From Macrostomum lignano (lineage: Eukaryota), in NCBI GenBank assembly GCA_002269645.1, contig NIVC01000667.1, positions 124,001-188,000 on the forward strand: 64,000 bases of DNA. The letters run 5' to 3'. The notes under the pieces were generated by a model. The model searched no databases and was not told the origin of the DNA. It worked only from the letters and a program-made list of their open reading frames with translations. Below, piece after piece: positions 1 to 12,999 of this stretch; position 1 is the first letter of the stretch; the number at the start of each line of letters is the position of its first letter. Both the position numbers and the translations under genes were made by a program.

Positions 1-1345
1 GGCTAACAGGGAAACTCGGGGAGAGGCTAACAGGGAAACTCGGGGAGAGGCTAACAGGGAAACTCGGGGAGAGGCTAACAGGGAAACTCAGACAGAGGCT
101 AACAGGGAAACTCAGACAGAGGCTAACAGGGAAATTCAGGGAGAGGCTAACAGGGAAACTCGGAGAGAGGCTAAAAGGGAAATTCAGGGAGAGGCTAACA
201 GGGAAACTCGGGGAGAGGCTAACAGGGAAACTCGGAGAAAGGCTAATAAGAAAACTCGGGGAGAGGCTAACAGGGAAACTCGGGGAGAGGCTAACAGGGA
301 AACTCAGGGAGAGGCTAACAGGGAAACTCGGGGAGAGGCTAACAGGGAAACTCGGGGAGAGGCTAACAGGGAAACTCAGGGAGAGGCTAACAGGGAAACT
401 CGGGGAGAGGCTAACAGGGAAACTCAGGGAGAGGCTAACAGGGAAACTCAGGGAGAGGCTAACAGGGAAATTCAGGGAGAGGCTCACAGGGAAACTCGGA
501 GAGAGGCTAAAAGGGAAATTCAGGGAGAGGCTAACAGGGAAACTCGGGGAGAGGCTAACAGGGAAACTCGGGGAGAGGCTAACAAGAAAACTCGGGGAGA
601 GGCTAACAGGGAAACTCGGGGAAAGGCTAACAGGGAAACTCAGGGAGAGGCTAACAGGGAAACTCGGGGAGAGGCTAACAGGAAAACTCAGGGAGAGGCT
701 AACAGGGAAACTCAGGGAGAGGCTAAAAGGGAAATTTAGGGAGAGGCTAACAGGGAAACTCGGGAGAGGCTAACAGGGAAACTCAGGGAGAGGCTAACAG
801 GGAAACTCGGGGAGAGGCTAACAGGGAAACTCGGGGAGAGGCTAACAGGGAAACTCGGGGAGAGGCTAACAGGGAAACTCGGGGAGAGGCTAATAGGGAA
901 ACTCAGGGAGAGGCTAACAGGGAAACTCAAGGAGGGACTAACGGAAACTCAGGCAGAGGCTAACAGGGAAACTCGGGGAGAGGCTCACAGGGAAACTCAG
1001 GCAGAGGCTAACAGGGAAACTCAGGGAGGGACAACGGAAACTCAGGGAGAGGCTAACAGGGAAACTCAAGGAGGGACTAACGGAAACTCAGGCAGAGGCT
1101 AACAGGGAAACTCGGGGAGAGGCTAACAGGGAAACTCAGGGAGGGACTAACGGAAACTCAGGGAGAGGCTAACAGGGAAACTCAGGGAGGGACTAACGGA
1201 AACTCAGGCAGAGGCTAACAGGGAAACTCGGGGAGAGGCTCACAGGGAACGGAAACTCAGGGAGGGACTAGAGGGAGAGGGAAAACAGGGAAACTCAAGG
1301 AGGGACTAACGGAAACTCACGCAGAGGCTAACAGGCAAACTCAGG
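1..1345. repeat. 24-bp minisatellite (GGCTAACAGGGAAACTCGGGGAGA)n in zinc-finger gene intron
   Basis: Visible tandem array from base 1, degenerating at about 930-1345. It starts about 15 nt from the minus-strand donor at 1359. ORF 736..930 is its 8-aa periodic translation. Confidence 0.97.
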
Positions 1346-1359
1346 CATTTAGATCCTAC

Positions 1360-2714
1360 CTTATCCTGCGCCTGAAAGCTGCAGTGCCGACAGCGAAAGG
1401 TCCTCTCCTTGACTTGGACCGGAACTACGTTTCCGGCGCCGCCGCCGCTGACGCTACCACTTTCCTCTCTGTCGTAGTAGTCGGTAACTTCGTCGGCGCC
1501 AGCAGCGTGAGATTCGCTAGAAGTGGTTGGCATTAGCAACAGGTCACTAGATGAAGAAGCTGATTTCTGTTGCTGCAGCTTGTCATGCTGTTGCTGCAGA
1601 ACGATGTCGGAATCTGCAGAGTAACAATGATGTCGATAGCTAAGCATATACCGTGAAACTTTGCTGGAGAAAGATCTTTTACAGCTTTTGCTTGTTCAAA
1701 CAATTAATAATCATTTCAAATTGATAAATTTATAACACCATGGGTATGGCTATTATATATAGAAAAGTTGTGGTTACCCATCAGTGCAACAACAACATTG
1801 CTGAAGGGTGATGCAGTAAAATAAATGACAAGTTTTTCAATCAGATTTCAAACAACACAGAATAGTCTGCAGGAAGTTGTCAGATATAGGCCATAAACCA
1901 AAATTATATCAGGAAAAGCTTTGGAAGTTGCCGCAACACCCCCGATTCCGATTCGAAAAAAGCAGTAAATGCATAAAAATGGCTGTCGCACTGCAACTGT
2001 GTGGACCTGACGCCGAGGGGACAACAATAAGGCCTCTCTATCTCTCTTGATGTGTATAACCATGGGCTTTGGTCATTTTAAATGAACTGCATATTTATGA
2101 AATCTTGCTGCATCATAAAACGCGCTTTAGATCACATATAGAAATATAGAGATGCATGGGGTCAGACCGTCAGTCAGTTGTGTGTCAGAACAATTCGACA
2201 AATGTTATTATTTTATTAGTGTCCTGTATATGTTATACACCACCAGGGCCAGGCTTGAAAAAGCTGTTGCTGGTGACAGCATCGACAAGCACAACATTAT
2301 TATTATTATTAGCGCTTAAAATATAGATTTTCGAGATTTCGACGGACAAGCATCGCATCATAACTGGGCCTGGGGTCATGCAGTGTTATTGCTTTTACAA
2401 TCGGCACGCATTGAAATTTTAAAATTGTGCTTGTTTATGACGCTGACTATAACACTAACAGTTGCTGTCATCTCACTAGACAGACCTGACAGTCCCCAGT
2501 AACGAAGACAAAAAGTCTGATAACAGATGTCCAGAGAGAACTTACCAAAGCTAGTTGATGCACCTGTACATTCCAGATCCGTCGTTGCAGCTGAAGCCTC
2601 GGCTTGTCGCGAACTTTGCCGCTTCTGTTCTTCTTCTTCTAGTAGTAGACGATCGTTGCTATCTTCGACTTCTTCTCGTAGTCCGCCGTCCATTCGGATG
2701 CCAACTAGTTCCAT
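1360..2714 (-). CDS. C2H2 zinc-finger protein, 5' part (exons 2714-2546 and 1613-1360; continues beyond left edge)
   Basis: ATG at 2714. Exon 1 ends TTT G|GTAAGT (169 nt, phase 1). Acceptor ctctgcag|AT at 1613 restores frame (SFDSDIVLQQQ). Exon 2 ends ERTFRCRHCSFQAQDK|GTAGGA, the first half of a C2H2 finger (F-x-C-x2-C-x-F). Confidence 0.7.
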
Positions 2715-3675
2715 TTGACTGAATCTCTGCTTATTCTATTTCTATGATTAGTATATAGTTTGATGCGCCTTGTAATAATATAATAGTATGGGGAGAAGTT
2801 TTCCTGACTTAGACTGACTGACCGAAGTGAAAGAGTTTAAATAAAAACAGTTTTTCCGCCTCGGGTCGGATGGGGTTGGCTGGAGAGCCACCCCACCCCA
2901 CCCCACACCAAGGCCCCGCCACCGAACCGCGTTTCGCGCCACGGGCCACCCACCCCACCTCCGCCGCGCCGTTTGCACGCTGGGTAATTTGGGGTGGGTG
3001 GGGGCCTGGTCCAAGGGGGTTATTCGTTTGTCGCTTACTGACTAATAAGAAATTAAAAAACTGATTACTGATCACTGATTATTTTACTAACAGCCATAAA
3101 AAAGATAAGAGATTACAAAAACGTTATTGAGGGAGGTCACGGGGTTTCTCATTCTCTAAACTACAAAGACTGCCGCTAATGCCAATAGCCGGCCCAGCCT
3201 CGACGCCACAGCCACAATTTTTTATTTTTGTTTTAATTTAGCTTTGACTACCTACAGCAGTGAATGGTGCGAAAAAACAACAACACAGGGGGTTGGTGAG
3301 CTTGGTGCCTCCCGATTTTAAACACGACGGGTGATATTTAGCAAAAGCCAACAACTCAGAAGTCAGAACTCAACTGCTTACTTTAACAAATCGGCTTATA
3401 ACGTGATAAGTCTGTTTATCCTTTAATAGCAAATTTTTGGAAATTCCCAGAGTCTAAGACTCGATTTTGCTACTTCTTAATCCCTCATGTCTATTGTGAG
3501 CGTATTATCAGGCCGATTAAAAGACTGCGGGTTCGACCAGAAAGTTGTCCTGCAACCTGGGTTTTGTAATAGAATGGGGACTTAGCGCTTATTAGGACTC
3601 CTGGTTCTGACTATTGACTTTAGCACGTTGAATGGGGGTTCACATTTGCCTACCTGACTGGGACAAAAGCGACGC

Positions 3676-4208
3676 AATGGGCGCCAGATACAGAGTGGGC
3701 AGGGCGCCAGATACAGAGTGGGCAGGGCGCCAGATATAGAGTGGGCAGGGCGCCAGATACAGAGTGGGCAGGGCGCCAGATATAGAATGGGCAGGGCGCC
3801 AGATACAGAGTGGGCAGGGCGCCAGATACAGAATGGGCAGGGCGCCAGATACAGAATGGGCAGGGCGCCAGATACAGAATGGGCAGGGCGCCAGATACAG
3901 AATGGACAGGGCGCCAGATACAGAGTGGGCAGGGCGCCAGATACATAATGGGCAGAGCGCTAGATACAGAAGGGCGCCAGATACAGAATGGGCAGGGCGC
4001 CAGATACAGAGTGGGCAGGGCGCCAGATACAGAATGGGCAGGGCGCCAGATACAGAATGGGCAGGGCGCCAGATACAGAATGGGCAGGGCGCCAGATACA
4101 GAATGGACAGGGCGCCAGATACAGAGTGGGCAGGGCGCCAGATACATAATGGGCAGAGCGCTAGATACAGAAGGGCGCCAGATACAGAATGGGCAGGGCG
4201 CCAGATAC
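3676..4208. repeat. 23-bp GC-rich minisatellite (GGGCGCCAGATACAGAGTGGGCA)n, interrupted by a MITE; remnants resume at 4768-4815
   Basis: Tandem units visible. ORFs 3650..4298 on both strands are periodic translations of it. Confidence 0.95.
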
Positions 4209-4767
4209 CAGGGGCGGACCCAGGATTTTATCGAGGGGGGGGGGGGGGGGGCAAGCCTCACGCCTCGTCAGGCCAGAGCTGCAATTAGGGTACCATGATA
4301 CCAATACAGCATGAAACCAATACAGCATGATACCAATACAGCATGAAACCAATACAGCATGATACCAATACAGCATGATACCAATACAGCATGATACCAA
4401 TACAGCATGATACCAATACAGCATGATACCAATACAGCATGATACCAATACAGCATGATACCAATACAGCATGATACCAATACAGCATGATACCAATACA
4501 GCATGATACCAATACAGCATGATACCAATACAGCATGAAACCAATACAGCATGATACCAATACAGCATGATACCAATACAGCATGATACCAATACAGCAT
4601 GATACCAATACAGCATGATACCAATACAGCATGATACCAATACAGCATGATACCAATACAGCATGATACCAATACAGCATGATACCAATACATCTGAGGA
4701 TTTTTTTGGCAGAGCTGGGGGGGCCATGGCCCCCTTGGTTCCCCCCCCCCCCCTCGGTCCGCCCCTG
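4209..4767. mobile_element. Non-autonomous hAT-type DNA transposon (MITE), 559 bp
   Basis: Left end CAGGGGCGGACCCAGG (4209) and right end CCTCGGTCCGCCCCTG (4767) form a 16-bp TIR with 1 mismatch. An exact 8-bp TSD CCAGATAC lies at 4201-4208 and 4768-4775. CAG-starting TIRs with an 8-bp TSD are hAT hallmarks. Confidence 0.9.
4294..4691. repeat. 17-bp minisatellite (CATGATACCAATACAGC)n inside the MITE
   Basis: About 23 near-identical tandem units. Confidence 0.97.
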
Positions 4768-5190
4768 CCAGATACAGATGGCTGGGCGCTACAGTGAGGA
4801 CTGGGCGCCAGATATACGCTGTTGCATTGCACTAAAAAATAGAAGTTCGCTCAACACTATATATTTTATAGCTATAGTAGTTGGGTGCCAGAGCAAGGTG
4901 CAGGCAGTCAGTGCCACAGTGGGTGGTCTCTCTCTGCTTCCAATACAATTTGAAACTTCAATTCAGTGTGAATGTTTGCTCAACGAAACCAATTCGGAGC
5001 CTGTAGGCTCATGAGTGAACTTTAATGAGTAGAGGAGGGGGCCAAAGGATGCGGTTAAAGATATAGAATAGGTTCTACTTACCCTTGCTAAAAGCAAACG
5101 TTTAAAATAAATTAAGATAACTGCTTGATTTCTCATACAATTTTTTAACTAGCAACCATATGGTACTATATATGTAACAATTTGTTGCAC

Positions 5191-8100
5191 GGATCCCCTT
5201 CACTGACCCCATCCTCTCTCAAGGGATGGGATCCACCCCCTTCACTGACCCATCCTCTCTCAAGGGATGGGATCCGCCCCCTTCACTGACCCCATCCTCT
5301 CTCAAGGGATGGGATCCGCCCCCTTCACTGACCCCATCCTCTCTCAAGGGATGGGATCCGCCCCCTTCACTGACCCATCCTCTCTCAAGGGATGGGATCC
5401 ACCCCCTTCACTGACCCATCCTCTCTCAAGGGATGGGATCCGCCCCCTTCACTGACCCCATCCTCTCTCAAGGGATGGGATCCGCCCCCTTCACTGACCC
5501 CATCCTCTCTCAAGGGATGGGATCCGCCCCCTTCACTGACCCATCCTCTCTCAAGGGATGGGATCCACCCCTTCACTGACCCATCCTCTCTCAAGGGATG
5601 GGATCCACCCCCTTCACTGACCCATCCTCTCTCAAGGGATGGGATCCACCCCCTTCACTGACCCCATCCTCTCTCAAGGGATGGGATCCGCCCCCTTCAC
5701 TGACCCATCCTCTCTCAAGGGATGGGATCCGCCCCCTTCACTGACCCATCCTCTCTCAAGGGATGGGATCCACCCCCTTCACTGACCCATCCTCTCTCAA
5801 GGGATGGGATCCACCCCCTTCACTGACCCCATCCTCTCTCAAGGGATGGGATCCGCCCCCTTCACTGACCCCATCCTCTCTCAAGGGATGGGATCCGCCC
5901 CCTTCACTGACCCATCCTCTCTCAAGGGATGGGATCCACCCCCTTCACTGACCCCATCCTCTCTCAAGGGATGGGATCCACCCCTTCACTGACCCATCCT
6001 CTCTCAAGGGATGGGATCCACCCCCTTCACTGACCCATCCTCTCTCAAGGGATGGGATCCACCCCCTTCACTGACCCATCCTCTCTCAAGGGATGGGATC
6101 CACCCCCTTCACTGACCCCATCCTCTCTCAAGGGATGGGATCCACCCCCTTCACTGACCCATCCTCTCTCAAGGGATGGGATCCACCCCCTTCACTGACC
6201 CATCCTCTCTCAAGGGATGGGATCCACCCCCTTCACTGACCCATCCTCTCTCAAGGGATGGGATCCACCCCCTTCACTGACCCATCCTCTCTCAAGGGAT
6301 GGGATCCGCCCCCTTCACTGACCCATCCTCTCTCAAGGGATGGGATCCGCCCCCTTCACTGACCCATCCTCTCTCAAGGGATGGGATCCACCCCTTCACT
6401 GACCCATCCTCTCTCAAGGGATGGGATCCACCCCCTTCACTGACCCATCCTCTCTCAAGGGATGGGATCCACCCCCTTCACTGACCCATCCTCTCTCAAG
6501 GGATGGGATCCACCCCCTTCACTGACCCATCCTCTCTCAAGGGATGGGATCCACCCCCTTCACTGACCCATCCTCTCTCAAGGGATGGGATCCACCCCCT
6601 TCACTGACCCATCCTCTCTCAAGGGATGGGATCCACCCCCTTCACTGACCCATCCTCTCTCAAGGGATGGGATCCACCCCCTTCACTGACCCCATCCTCT
6701 CTCAAGGGATGGGATCCACCCCCTTCACTGACCCATCCTCTCTCAAGGGATGGGATCCGCCCCCTTCACTGACCCCATCCTCTCTCAAGGGATGAGATCC
6801 GCCCCCTTCACTGACCCATCCTCTCTCAAGGGATGGGATCCACCCCCTTCACTGACCCATCCTCTCTCAAGGGATGGGATCCACCCCCTTCACTGACCCA
6901 TCCTCTCTCAAGGGATGGGATCCACCCCCTTCACTGACCCATCCTCTCTCAAGGGATGGGATCCGCCCCCTTCACTGACCCCATCCTCTCTCAAGGGATG
7001 GGATCCGCCCCCTTCACTGACCCATCCTCTCTCAAGGGATGGGATCCACCCCCTTCACTGACCCATCCTCTCTCAAGGGATGGGATCCACCCCCTTCACT
7101 GACCCCATCCTCTCTCAAGGGATGGGATCCGCCCCCTTCACTGACCCCATCCTCTCTCAAGGGATGGGATCCGCCCCCTTCACTGACCCATCCTCTCTCA
7201 AGGGATGGGATCCACCCCCTTCACTGACCCATCCTCTCTCAAGGGATGGGATCCACCCCCTTCACTGACCCATCCTCTCTCAAGGGATGGGATCCACCCC
7301 CTTCACTGACCCATCCTCTCTCAAGGGATGGGATCCACCCCCTTCACTGACCCATCCTCTCTCAAGGGATGGGATCCACCCCCTTCACTGACCCCATCCT
7401 CTCTCAAGGGATGGGATCCACCCCCTTCACTGACCCATCCTCTCTCAAGGGATGGGATCCACCCCCTTCACTGACCCATCCTCTCTCAAGGGATGGGATC
7501 CACCCCCTTCACTGACCCATCCTCTCTCAAGGGATGGGATCCACCCCCTTCACTGACCCATCCTCTCTCAAGGGATGGGATCCGCCCCTTCACTGACCCA
7601 TCCTCTCTCAAGGGATGGGATCCGCCCCCTTCACTGACCCATCCTCTCTCAAGGGATGGGATCCACCCCTTCACTGACCCATCCTCTCTCAAGGGATGGG
7701 ATCCACCCCCTTCACTGACCCATCCTCTCTCAAGGGATGGGATCCACCCCCTTCACTGACCCATCCTCTCTCAAGGGATGGGATCCACCCCCTTCACTGA
7801 CCCATCCTCTCTCAAGGGATGGGATCCACCCCTTCACTGACCCATCCTCTCTCAAGGGATGGGATCCACCCCCTTCACTGACCCATCCTCTCTCAAGGGA
7901 TGGGATCCACCCCCTTCACTGACCCATCCTCTCTCAAGGGATGGGATCCACCCCCTTCACTGACCCATCCTCTCTCAAGGGATGGGATCCACCCCCTTCA
8001 CTGACCCATCCTCTCTCAAGGGATGGGATCCGCCCCCTTCACTGACCCCATCCTCTCTCAAGGGATGGGATCCACCCCCTTCACTGACCCATCCTCTCTC

Positions 8101-9743
8101 AAGGGATGGGATCCACCCCCTTCACTGACCCATCCTCTCTCAAGGGATGGGATCCACCCCCTTCACTGACCCCATCCTCTCTCAAGGGATGGGATCCACC
8201 CCCTTCACTGACCCATCCTCTCTCAAGGGATGGGATCCACCCCCTTCACTGACCCATCCTCTCTCAAGGGATGGGATCCACCCCCTTCACTGACCCATCC
8301 TCTCTCAAGGGATGGGATCCACCCCCTTCACTGACCCCATCCTCTCTCAAGGGATGGGATCCACCCCCTTCACTGACCCATCCTCTCTCAAGGGATGGGA
8401 TCCACCCCCTTCACTGACCCCATCCTCTCTCAAGGGATGGGATCCACCCCCTTCACTGACCCATCCTCTCTCAAGGGATGGGATCCACCCCCTTCACTGA
8501 CCCATCCTCTCTCAAGGGATGGGATCCACCCCCTTCACTGACCCATCCTCTCTCAAGGGATGGGATCCACCCCTTCACTGACCCCATCCTCTCTCAAGGG
8601 ATGGGATCCACCCCTTCACTGACCCCATCCTCTCTCAAGGGATGGGATCCGCCCCCTTCACTGACCCCATCCTCTCTCAAGGGATGGGATCCACCCCTTC
8701 ACTGACCCCATCCTCTCTCAAGGGATGGGATCCGCCCCCTTCACTGACCCCATCCTCTCTCAAGGGATGGGATCCGCCCCCTTCACTGACCCCATCCTCT
8801 CTCAAGGGATGGGATCCGCCCCCTTCACTGACCCCATCCTCTCTCACGGGATGGGATCCGCCCCCTTCACTGACCCCATCCTCTCTCAAGGGATGGGATC
8901 CGCCCCCTTCACTGACCCCATCCTCTCTCAAGGGATGGGATCCCGATCCGCCACTTCACTGACCCCATCCTCTCTCAAGGGATGGGATCCCGATCCGCCA
9001 CTTCACTGACCCCATCCTCTCTCATGGGGTCATCCCCACCCCTTCACTGACCCCATCCTCTCTCAAGGGATGGGATCCCGATCCGCCACTTCACTGACCC
9101 CATCCTCTCTCATGGGGTCATCCCCACCCCTTCACTGACCCCATCCTCTCTCAAGGGATGGGATCCACCACCTTCACTGACCCCATCCTCTCTCAAGGGA
9201 TGGGATCCGCCCCCTTCACTGACCCATCCTCTCTCAAGGGATGGGATCCGCCCCCTTCACTGACCCATCCTCTCTCAAGGGATGGGATCCGCCCCCTTCA
9301 CTGACCCCATCCTCTCTCACGGGATGGGATCCGCCCCCTTCACTGACCCCATCCTCTCTCAAGGGATGGGATCCGCCCCCTTCACTGACCCCATCCTCTC
9401 TCAAGGGATGGGATCCCGATCCGCCACTTCACTGACCCCATCCTCTCTCAAGGGATGGGATCCCGATCCGCCACTTCACTGACCCCATCCTCTCTCAAGG
9501 GATGGGATCCCGATCCGCCACTTCACTGACCCCATCCTCTCTCATGGGGTCATCCCCACCCCTTCACTGACCCCATCCTCTCTCAAGGGATGGGATCCCG
9601 ATCCGCCACTTCACTGACCCCATCCTCTCTCATGGGGTCATCCCCACCCCTTCACTGACCCCATCCTCTCTCATGGGGTCATCCCCATCCCTTCACTGAC
9701 CCCATCCTCTCTCATGGGGTCATCCCCATCCCTTCACTGACCC
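5191..9743. repeat. 41-bp minisatellite/satellite, about 4.55 kb (GGATCCACCCCCTTCACTGACCCATCCTCTCTCAAGGGATG)n
   Basis: About 110 units of 40-42 bp, with new variant units at 8940-9743. All ORFs from 5226 to 9482 are periodic artefacts. Confidence 0.98.
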
Positions 9744-10324
9744 AATGCCATCAGAAAGATCTCAGTTAAAAAATTATTTTGTATACATATCGTTTGCATG
9801 AATTCGAAGACTGTCCACACCTGCAACGCGTAGCACTTAAGCAATTCACTCGAGAAAGTGTGAAACGCAAAAATTTTTAATCGCAAAATTGAATCAACAA
9901 AATGACTAAAATCTAACATACGCAGTCAATTTTTATTTTATACAGCATCTTGTTTATTTTAAAGATAAATCTCAACATCTGGTGTAAAAATTCATCTATA
10001 AAGCCCCCACACGCAGTCGCAGGTGATGCTTGCGTCGCGATTGAGTGAAAACTTGCCTAAATAACTGTCAGTCACTTGTGCGCAGTTCTGTGCCCATACA
10101 GCTTTTACTGCTTTCTGCTTCGCTAATAAACTTAGTTATACTGTTGTAGTTGCACCTGAAAATTTCTTTTTACTTTTTATTGCTGAAAAGATTTCGACGG
10201 TTGGTAAGTTTACTTTAACTATTTTAACTGTGCCTATCACAACGTTTTATGGGCATTAACGGCCGCATAGATACTAAGCTATGGACCATGGATTTCTAGA
10301 TCTAGCTGTCAATAGATCTAGAAA

Positions 10325-11316
10325 GGGTTGAATATGGTTGGCCCGTGTCTTAAATTCATTGCTCTCCCCATACCCGGTTATGGCCATAGACAATCATAGA
10401 AGCATGGGTTGAATATGGTTGGCCCGTGTCTTAAATTCATTGCTCTCCCCATACCCGGTTATGGCCTTAGACAATCTTAGAAGCATGGGTTGAATATGGT
10501 TGGCCCGTGTCTTAAATTCATTGCTCTCCCCATACCCGGTTATGGCCATAGACAATCTTAGAAGCATGGGTTGAATATGGTTGGCCCCGTGTCTTAAATT
10601 CATTGCTCTCCCCATACCCGGTTATGGCCATAGACAATCTTAGAAGCATGGGTTGAATATGGTTGGCCCGTGTCTTAAATTCATTGCTCTCACATACTCG
10701 GTTATGGCCATAGACAATCTTAGAAGCATGGGTTGAATATGGTTGGCCGTGTCTAAAATTCATTGCTCTCACATACTCGGTTTTGGCCATAGACAATCTT
10801 AGAAGCATGGGTTGAATATGGTTGGCCCGTGTCTTAAATTCATTGCTCTCACATACTCGGTTATGGCCATAGACAATCATAGAAGCATGGGTTGAATATG
10901 GTTGGCCCGTGTCTAAAATTCATTGCTCTCCCCATACCCGGTTATGGCCATAGACAATCATAGAAGCATGGGTTGAATATGGTTGGCCCGTGTCTTAAAT
11001 TCATTGCTCTCACATACTCGGTTATGGCCATAGACAATCATAGAAGCATGGGTTGAATATGGTTGGCCCGTGTCTAAAATTCATTGCTCTCCCCATACCC
11101 GGTTATGGCCATAGACAATCATAGAAGCATGGGTTGAATATGGTTGGCCCCGTGTCTTAAATTCATTGCTCTCCCCATACCCGGTTATGGCCATAGACAA
11201 TCTTAGAAGCATGGGTTGAATATGGTTGGCCCGTGTCTTAAATTCATTGCTCTCCCCATACCCGGTTATGGCCATAGACAATCTTAGAAGCATGGGTTGA
11301 ATATGGTTGGCCCGTG
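10325..11316. repeat. 81-bp tandem repeat, about 12 copies
   Basis: The unit GGGTTGAATATGGTTGGCCCGTGTCTTAAATTC...AGAAGCAT recurs at 10325, 10406 and onward. Confidence 0.96.
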
Positions 11317-12066
11317 TTTTACGTGGTAGTTAATGAAAAAACATCTTTTTGAATCAAATTTAAATTTAAAACTTCATAACTGAATATATAATTTCTGCGC
11401 AAATGAGATGAAAAGAAGAGCCCTGAGCTTATTCTAAACCTAAACTTCCTGTGGTCCTGGTCCCGCCCACCACTCATCTTGCGTTCAGTTTACAACTTTA
11501 TAGAAATGGCTTCTGACAGTCACATATGCTAGACCATTTTTCCAAAGACGAAGCCCTTGGCAACCCCCACATATTCACGGCCAACCAAGCGCTAAGTAAC
11601 TAACTATAGTCAGCCATTTTTACAGGAAAAACACTTGTTTACGCAAATTACACTCGAATTGCATGCAGCAGCTGCTGTGAGCCAAAAAGTTGGCCATGTA
11701 TACAAATTTTTCGAATTTTGCTCCTGCCACTGTCTTGTCTGACTGACTGAAGCTTCTCTGCGGCTCTGGGGTTGTCAGTCATAAAGATTCACGATTGAAA
11801 TAGAAAAATCATCTTAGTTCGCAGCGGTGGAAACCATATAGCATTGGTTTGAACGCATTTTACGCGTAAAACTAGCCCAGATTAACAAACTGCCTCAGCA
11901 ATTGTTTATTAAAACGGGAAAAAAGCAAAAAAAACTATTCGTTTTTCGTTTTTTCCACTGCGGATTAACAATATAACATCGCAAATCCACCTCACTGGGC
12001 ACTTCCATTCAACTTTGTGATTTCCTTTTACGGAGAAACTATCTTTGATAAACAAATCAAGTAACG

Positions 12067-12545
12067 GCGCGCTAGAAACCGTGGAGCGCTAGTAACGGCG
12101 CGCTAGAAACGGCGCGCTAGAAACGGCGCGCTAGAAACGGCGCGCTAGAAACCGTGGAGCGCTAGTAACGGCGCGCTAGAAACGGCGCGCTAGAAACGGC
12201 GCGCTAGAAACGGCGCGCTAGAAACGGCGCGCTAGAAACGGCGCGCTAGAAACGGCGCGCTAGAAACCGCGCTAAAAATCGCGCATTAGAATTATAAACC
12301 GTGAAGCGCTAAAAACCGCGCGCTAGAAACCGTGGCGCGCTAGAAACTGTGGCGCACTAGAAACTATGGCGCACTAGAAACTATGGCGCACTAGAAACTA
12401 TGGCACGCTAGAAACTATGGCGCACTAGAAACTATGGCGCACTAGAAACTATGGCGCGCTAGAAACTATGGCGCACTAGAAACTATGGCGCTCTAGAAAC
12501 TGTGGCGCGCTAGAAACCGTGGAGCGCTAGAAATGGCGCGCTAAA
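12067..12545. repeat. CpG-rich compound array: 14-bp (CGGCGCGCTAGAAA)n then 17-bp (TGGCGCACTAGAAACTA)n
   Basis: Tandem units visible; both sub-arrays share the core GCGCNCTAGAAAC. Confidence 0.9.
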
Positions 12546-12999
12546 AACGCGTCAATAAAAGCGTATTTCAATAACAGACTGAAAAAAATTGAATATTAAT
12601 TTTAAACTAAAATGGCATTCAACATGCAACGCAAAATAGTTTCGCACCATAGTGCCTGGTTAGTCTTTTAGCATATAGATAAATGAAAAATGAGTTGCCA
12701 GCAGAGGGGTTCTCAACATTTTTTAAGTAATAGCGTGCTCACTGCTCACTCTGGCGAGTGAAAAAAACTAGAATAATACCTTTTAATTAGAGGCGTGCAG
12801 ATTAGTGTGTTGAAAATCACTTGCAATTGCATGGTGCAGAGACAAAATTAAAAACAGCAAGAGGTCCACCGCGACAACGTGACGGAGAATGATACAGTGA
12901 GTTCTTGCGGTAATGGAAATTAGAATCTTTTCCGTGAGAATGACATCCGCATGGAATGACTTTTTGGGCTGTCACGGACACTTTTAGGGTGTTAGGTGT

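Noticed and set aside
1645-1663. ATG at 1647 or acceptor at 1663 as the start of zinc-finger exon 2
   Set aside because: Out of phase with exon 1; the acceptor at 1613 restores the frame.
2243-2373. CCAGGGCCAG ... CTGGGCCTGG possible MITE termini
   Set aside because: Only about 10 bp with a mismatch, and no target-site duplication.
5191-9743. Regular ~41-bp hairpin-containing units resembling a CRISPR array
   Set aside because: There are no unique spacers, no cas genes, and the context is eukaryotic; it is a plain tandem repeat.
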